Source: Eukaryota sp. GEM-RC1 (lineage: Eukaryota). Taken from it: DNA of 64,000 nt. Both the position numbers and the translations under genes were made by a program. The notes beneath the pieces were generated by a model. That model searched no databases. It was not told the origin of the DNA and saw only the letters and a program-made list of their open reading frames with translations. Numbering within the stretch: the stretch's first letter is position 1; each line of letters starts with the position of its first letter. The stretch lies in NCBI GenBank assembly GCA_040285855.1, contig JAUFOQ010000001.1:1922001-1986000 (forward strand), in the 5' to 3' direction. Shown piece after piece: positions 58,885 through 64,000 of the stretch.

Positions 58885-59045
58885 TATGCCCCTGAGATCA
58901 CTTTGCTTGGGAAAAGTGGGCCAGAAATTACGCAGAAAATCCAACAGTAAGCGATATTGGTCCAGCTGCTGTACATCTTCGCGATCGTCTCCTGGGACAC
59001 TTTGAAATAGTAGTAAATTGTTGTTGTTGATAATGATGCAGGAAT

Positions 59046-60680
59046 TATTGTACTGGATTTGCGACTACAAATTGGCTTTCCCATTTCTATTCGTGAGAAT
59101 TTCAAGCACTCTGTGGTCAAGAGATCGCAGAGTATATGAGTATCTGTTTTCAGACGGAAGAATTCAGATAAAAGAAAATAAGCACTTCGATTCAGATCCT
59201 GATGTGGAATGGACTATTACAGTTCGGCACATCAAATAATCGGAACAAGATCACATTATTTTAAATTTATTGTCTAACAAGTTCTTTAGATTCTCTCCAA
59301 TGAGCTCCTTCAATTCCCAGAAAAGATTTCTTTTGAGATTTCTCCAGCTTAAATACGTGAGCAGAAGTGATAGCATGAGTGTCTCTGTGGTTCTTCTGCG
59401 TGACTCCTTTACTCATATTCATACAAAGCACACTTCAACATTTTCAAACTGATGACGATACTACAAAGCAAAAATTACGATGTTAAACCATGATAGAATC
59501 CCGGTTTGAACAGCTAATCATATTTAGATTTAAAAAAAGATTTGGTGAATACTCAATACACTTACCTTAAATAACGCAACAAGTGTCCTCGCTACATACT
59601 AAAGGAAGCTAAATCAATAAAGAAAGTTGCTTTCACTATCGTGATTGGATGTCAGAACTGAACGATAATTTAACAAATATACAAATAGTAGCATAAATAA
59701 ACAACTCGATGATTCTCAAGTATTCGCTTCATTTGAAGGTGGATGATATCAAAGTTGAGGTAATCTTCACTTAATACTTTCCCTAACAAACTCCTTAAAG
59801 TCAATTTCCTTAGTTTAATCATAAATAGTCTGAGTTAGGGGTGGAAACAACGTCAACTGGAGGAATATACATGAGTTCGAGACCAAGACAAACATACTAC
59901 CAAGAGTAGACTTGACAAAGTTTGAAACCTCCTTCTTGTTGTTTCATGTAAGTAAGTACGGCGAAAGCAATGGAGACAAGCTTGTTGTAGTCTTCATCGA
60001 TGATGGTGAGGTGACTGTTGAAGAGAGGTTTAGCGTATGCAAAGAGTTCAGAAGCGAGGATCATGACTGAGGTTGTTCCGTCACCAACTTCTTCATCTGA
60101 TGTTAGTGTTAGATCGATCTTAGTTCTGGAAGCGGGAGGAACGACGTCGATTTCACGAAGGACGCAGTGATCATCATTGGTGATTTGAGGGAGATTGGAT
60201 CGATGAGGGGTTTAAACTTAGATAGAGAAGAGAACAGAAAGCCACCAACAGTTTCAGCTTCGCCGATGATATAGAGCTGAGCTTTGTCCCAGTGTGGAAG
60301 TGGAACTGTTAGTGTATGTAAGATGAATAGAGGGGGAAAGGGAACGTCATTGAGTGGCAATTGTGAGCGAATCTAAGTGGTGTAAGATGATGTTGTCAGA
60401 AAAGACAGTCTACGGACATGGCGATAACGCTAGATAAAGATGCATGGTCATGGTTCAAACATTGCGTTGAAGATTTCTTCAGCACAATGTTGTTACGGTA
60501 ACACTACTGTACTACTTATGTAAAACCAGGAACTAACGACGTCTACTCTCTTCTTGAGTTCTCTCCTCTCTTTGTATCTTTCCGTCATTCATTATCTCCA
60601 TCTCACGATAAGTCTTTTCAAGATGTTCCTGTGTGTTGAAATATCATCAATAAGACACTTCTGTGAGGGATAAGTGTCAT
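59046..60680. repeat. Dispersed repeat carrying CCT fragment copy 3 (- strand, about 59985-60190)
   Basis: Collinear with 53036-54310; contains DEEVGDGTTSVMILASELF. Confidence 0.85.
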
Positions 60681-61310
60681 TGGCACGGGAAACGTTTTTG
60701 GAGAAGAAACTTTTATGGCAATGACAAAGAATATGAATCAATCACAAAGTACAAGTAAGAGGTGTACGCCATTATCTTAATTTGTATTACTCAATCTGTT
60801 AGAATTATCTACATTTGAAGAACAAATGGTGTTGTTCATATTTATTTTTGTCCATCTCATCTATAAAATGTTTCTAATTTGTCTTTTTTATCAGTTACTG
60901 AGTACGAAGTATGTGACCGAACTCGATTTGTGTTCAGTACTTTTTTGCCAATTTTTGAATTCTGAGAATAACTCAGAATTGCGAATGAATACCGTATGCT
61001 CGCAACCATTTTCACGCTGTGAAAAGGCAACTTGATTTAGACTTTATAGTATTCAGTAAGTTTATCCACACAATCTTGAAGTATAGTGATGGTATATTGC
61101 CGCCGTATTTGCAATGAGGAGGCTCTCCGTCACTGTGTTTCGAAGAGTGACTAATACTGTCCTATTTGATAGCCAATGGTACACCACCAGTATCATCAGT
61201 ATATGCACGTCAGTAATAGCTTTTATTTCACATAACAATAAACATCCATTATCATCTGTTCACACCACACGGAACAAACCCTCGGTCTAGTACCGGTCCA
61301 AACAGTGGCA

Positions 61311-62846
61311 CTAAACTGAGGGAAGACTGTACTTCATATAGCGAATATGGACACCAGTATTTCTCCTCAAAGATTTGACTTCGCCAATTCTAGCAAGAAA
61401 AATATGTTGGCATGAATTCAATTTTGATGATTTTTCCAAAAACTCCTTAACTCTTTTTTCAAAATTTTGTAGTATTTCATCAGAACAAGGTTGCAACTTG
61501 TCAAGATCATCAAGTTCCACAGGAACAAGCATTTTGAGCAACAAAACAAAATCCCTTCCAATGTCATTCTCAAGTGCATCTATTGCACCTAACAATGAAT
61601 TATAAAAGAAAATATCTGGAAAAGGCTTTCTAAAATGATTGTACAGACAATGACAAACTGAGTAAAGAAAGACGTAATAGTCTTCCATAATTGAAGCCAT
61701 TACATGGCGAAAGGAAGAATTTGTTCTTAAGCGAGGAGGGGCCTGTAGTGTATGAGCAAAGCATTGGGTGAAAACATGACGATTGGTGTCAGATATGGTT
61801 TCAACAAGTTCCAAATCAATTAGATGAGAAGTCAACTTGCCATCGTCATCGTTAAAAACAAAGTTAGGCAATCTACAGTCCAGATGAATTCTGCGAGACT
61901 CGTGAAATTCATTCAAAGTTCTGACACAAGAAGAAATAACATCCGACAGAGTGTACGTACAATTTTCTGTAGCAAATTCAATTGGTTTTCCAAGTTCGAG
62001 GGAAGAGTATACTAATGCAAAGGCTGTCAATTTTCCATTCCAAATCGCTTTCATCATTAAATCTTCAGCAGCCTGTGCGAGTTTCAAATTTAACATTTTA
62101 TCCCCCGATAGAAGGCCAGGAACATTCTTGTAGTAACAAAGTGGTTGTGTATTTCGAGCAACCCCAGTCACACAAGAAGAGGAAAATCCAACAACTTGAA
62201 TGTTATCAGTTGCAAACTCGTCAGGCAGACAAACAAAAGGGTGGTCTTTTAAGTCTTTAAAGGTTACAACGTGATCTAATTCTTGTCTATCTAAACTCAT
62301 CATGATGTGTGAAGCAAAGTTGCAGAGATGGGTGAAGTAGGTCGTTAACATTCGCAAACGACGATCACGGTTTGCTTCCTGGGCTGGCTTATCAGATTCG
62401 GGACAGTTGTTAACCAAATCATATTGAACAGTGGGAGAGGCAGTGCCGTTCAAGGTCACTTTTATTAATAGTAACTGGGGTGAGCACTCAGGTCCATGAG
62501 TTTTGTTTGGATTGGCAAAGGTTCCAACAATTAGTCCATAAAAAGGGCCGTGATAGGAGAACTGAAAGGCAGAACTGATAAACGTGGGTAAATTGGTGTA
62601 TAGAAACTGTTTTATGAGATCTCTGGGCATAACACCATGAAACATTTCGGGGTCTTTTAGTTCCAAGCCAGAAAGAAAGTAGACCCGTCCATGTCGGACG
62701 TAAGTGAAGCAGCAGTCCAAGTACTTGTGGACACTAAAGTAGCCGAAGGGAGGAACTAAATGATGGTCTGTGATTGTTCGGAAACAATGGAATTGGGACG
62801 GGAACTTCGTAGAAAGCTGGTCTTGAAGCTGTTGAATCAGTTCCAA
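61311..62846 (-). CDS. Crinkler/RHS-like protein: putative REase-fold domain plus protein-kinase-like domain; 5' end disrupted or unclear
   Basis: Kinase-like IHLDCRLPNFVF...LIDLE; N-terminal YLDCCF...GLELKD...IKQ resembles D...ExK...Q. No ATG start; in-frame stop at 62853-62855. Confidence 0.65.
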   Translation of the reverse strand: MELIQQLQDQLSTKFPSQFHCFRTITDHHLVPPFGYFSVHKYLDCCFTYVRHGRVYFLSGLELKDPEMFHGVMPRDLIKQFLYTNLPTFISSAFQFSYHGPFYGLIVGTFANPNKTHGPECSPQLLLIKVTLNGTASPTVQYDLVNNCPESDKPAQEANRDRRLRMLTTYFTHLCNFASHIMMSLDRQELDHVVTFKDLKDHPFVCLPDEFATDNIQVVGFSSSCVTGVARNTQPLCYYKNVPGLLSGDKMLNLKLAQAAEDLMMKAIWNGKLTAFALVYSSLELGKPIEFATENCTYTLSDVISSCVRTLNEFHESRRIHLDCRLPNFVFNDDDGKLTSHLIDLELVETISDTNRHVFTQCFAHTLQAPPRLRTNSSFRHVMASIMEDYYVFLYSVCHCLYNHFRKPFPDIFFYNSLLGAIDALENDIGRDFVLLLKMLVPVELDDLDKLQPCSDEILQNFEKRVKEFLEKSSKLNSCQHIFLARIGEVKSLRRNTGVHIRYMKYSLPSV

Positions 62847-62876
62847 TGCAATTTAAGGTCAAAGAACCGTATAAAC

Positions 62877-63716
62877 CATAGTTGCAAAATACAAAATACA
62901 GTATGTTTTTGTATTCTGTATTTTTCTGTATTATGTATTGTATTTTTTTCTGGAAAAGTGTATTTGTATTTGTATTTTTTGCATTTCATTTATCAGCCCT
63001 AAAATCCCTTTAATTGATGAAAATGACTGACGTAAATGAGATAAACACTCGATAGCGAGTCTTGCTGATCAATTATACTATTGTTTGGTACAATTGGGTC
63101 ATGCAATCTAGTTTCACTACTGTCAGTCAGTGATGAAGACTCAAAACCCTGATGAGACGAGCTGCACGACACTCAGATTGATCCTGTTTTGAAGATGTAC
63201 GGGTAGTCTTTTGTATAACTCCACGGCAGTTTTTTCCGTGGACCCAATGAACATTTGAACCCTCGGTGCATTTTGAAATCGAAAGAACAATTCGGTTGAT
63301 AAATTAAAAGAAGTCTAAGAATGCGTACCAAAAGGGGAGCCATGATAACCCTGAAGATGAATCACTTTTGCAGTCGTTGGACTCAATACAGTTAGTTTAA
63401 TACTTGCATTCATTAACAAGAAAAAAAATACACTTAATACAGTATTCAGTATTGTATTTTTGTATTCTGTATCTGTATTGTATTTTTGTATTCTGTATTT
63501 TTTGTACTCTATATTAGAGCTGCCAAACGGTTCGGCTCAAGCCGTAAACCGAACGACTTGAGCCAAGTCATATCGAAATTTGGCTTGGCTTACTCAAATG
63601 GCTCAAGCCAAAGCCGAACCAGTTTGGAATTTTACAAGCCAAACCATTCGGCTCAAGCCGTTGACAGCTCTACTCTATATTGTATAATTATTTTGTTCGT
63701 GTATTTTGCAACTATG
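62877..63716. mobile_element. Non-autonomous hAT-type element, 840 bp
   Basis: Perfect 16-bp TIR CATAGTTGCAAAATAC; exact 8-bp TSD GTATAAAC (62869-62876 / 63717-63724). Confidence 0.93.
63515..63672. mobile_element. 158-bp MITE nested in the hAT-type element
   Basis: Imperfect TIR TAGAGCTG...AACGG; exact 8-bp TSD CTCTATAT (63507-63514 / 63673-63680); internal GGCTCAAGCC repeats. Confidence 0.92.
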
Positions 63717-64000
63717 GTATAAACCCTTTCCATTAGACGGTATAAATGGCTGTAATCATATAATTACGAGACACTATGTAGATCAAGATTACCAAAATGA
63801 AAACAGCAATTAGAACAAATGATACTTCGAATATCAACTGTCATTAAAATTCAAATAGCCTACACAACTAGTACGCTTACACTGTTTAAATTGGTCACAC
63901 AAACCATTGTACTCGATCAAAACTGAGTATATATAGACACACACACGTTGCTGAATATCAAATATAATGAGCAATCATTTTAAACAAATACCAGAAAGGA

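Overview
The window has two very different halves. Positions 1 to about 33,120 are a very AT-rich, gene-dense block with no visible introns or transposons. It carries hallmark Nucleocytoviricota (giant virus) genes: a highly divergent RPB2, a D5-type primase-helicase, a VLTF3-like factor, an RPB9-like Zn ribbon, a Nudix hydrolase and an NPH-II/B962L-like DExH helicase. It also carries a >2,400-aa fibre/adhesin-like repeat protein, three tandem JAB/MPN genes, two RING-type E3 genes, a TTL-like ATP-grasp gene and a 40-bp tandem array. About 17 viral genes share an AAAA(A/G)TGA motif 15-22 nt upstream of the ATG. The viral block stops inside the helicase gene, where a CRE-like (RLE-type) non-LTR retrotransposon begins; this element has an RNase H domain placed upstream of its RT. 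The rest (about 37,700-64,000) is eukaryotic, probably protist, transposon-rich DNA: a complete pogo-like element, hAT elements/MITEs with exact 8-bp TSDs, Ty3/gypsy, MULE and Tc1 relics, a mini-LTR gag element, three copies of a CCT chaperonin fragment and a Crinkler-like REase-kinase gene. The best reading is one edge of an endogenous giant virus of a divergent lineage; an assembly mis-join cannot be excluded. Most gene breaks I traced are 1-nt indels in homopolymers, so many may be sequencing errors. All family calls come from motif recognition by eye; no searches were run.
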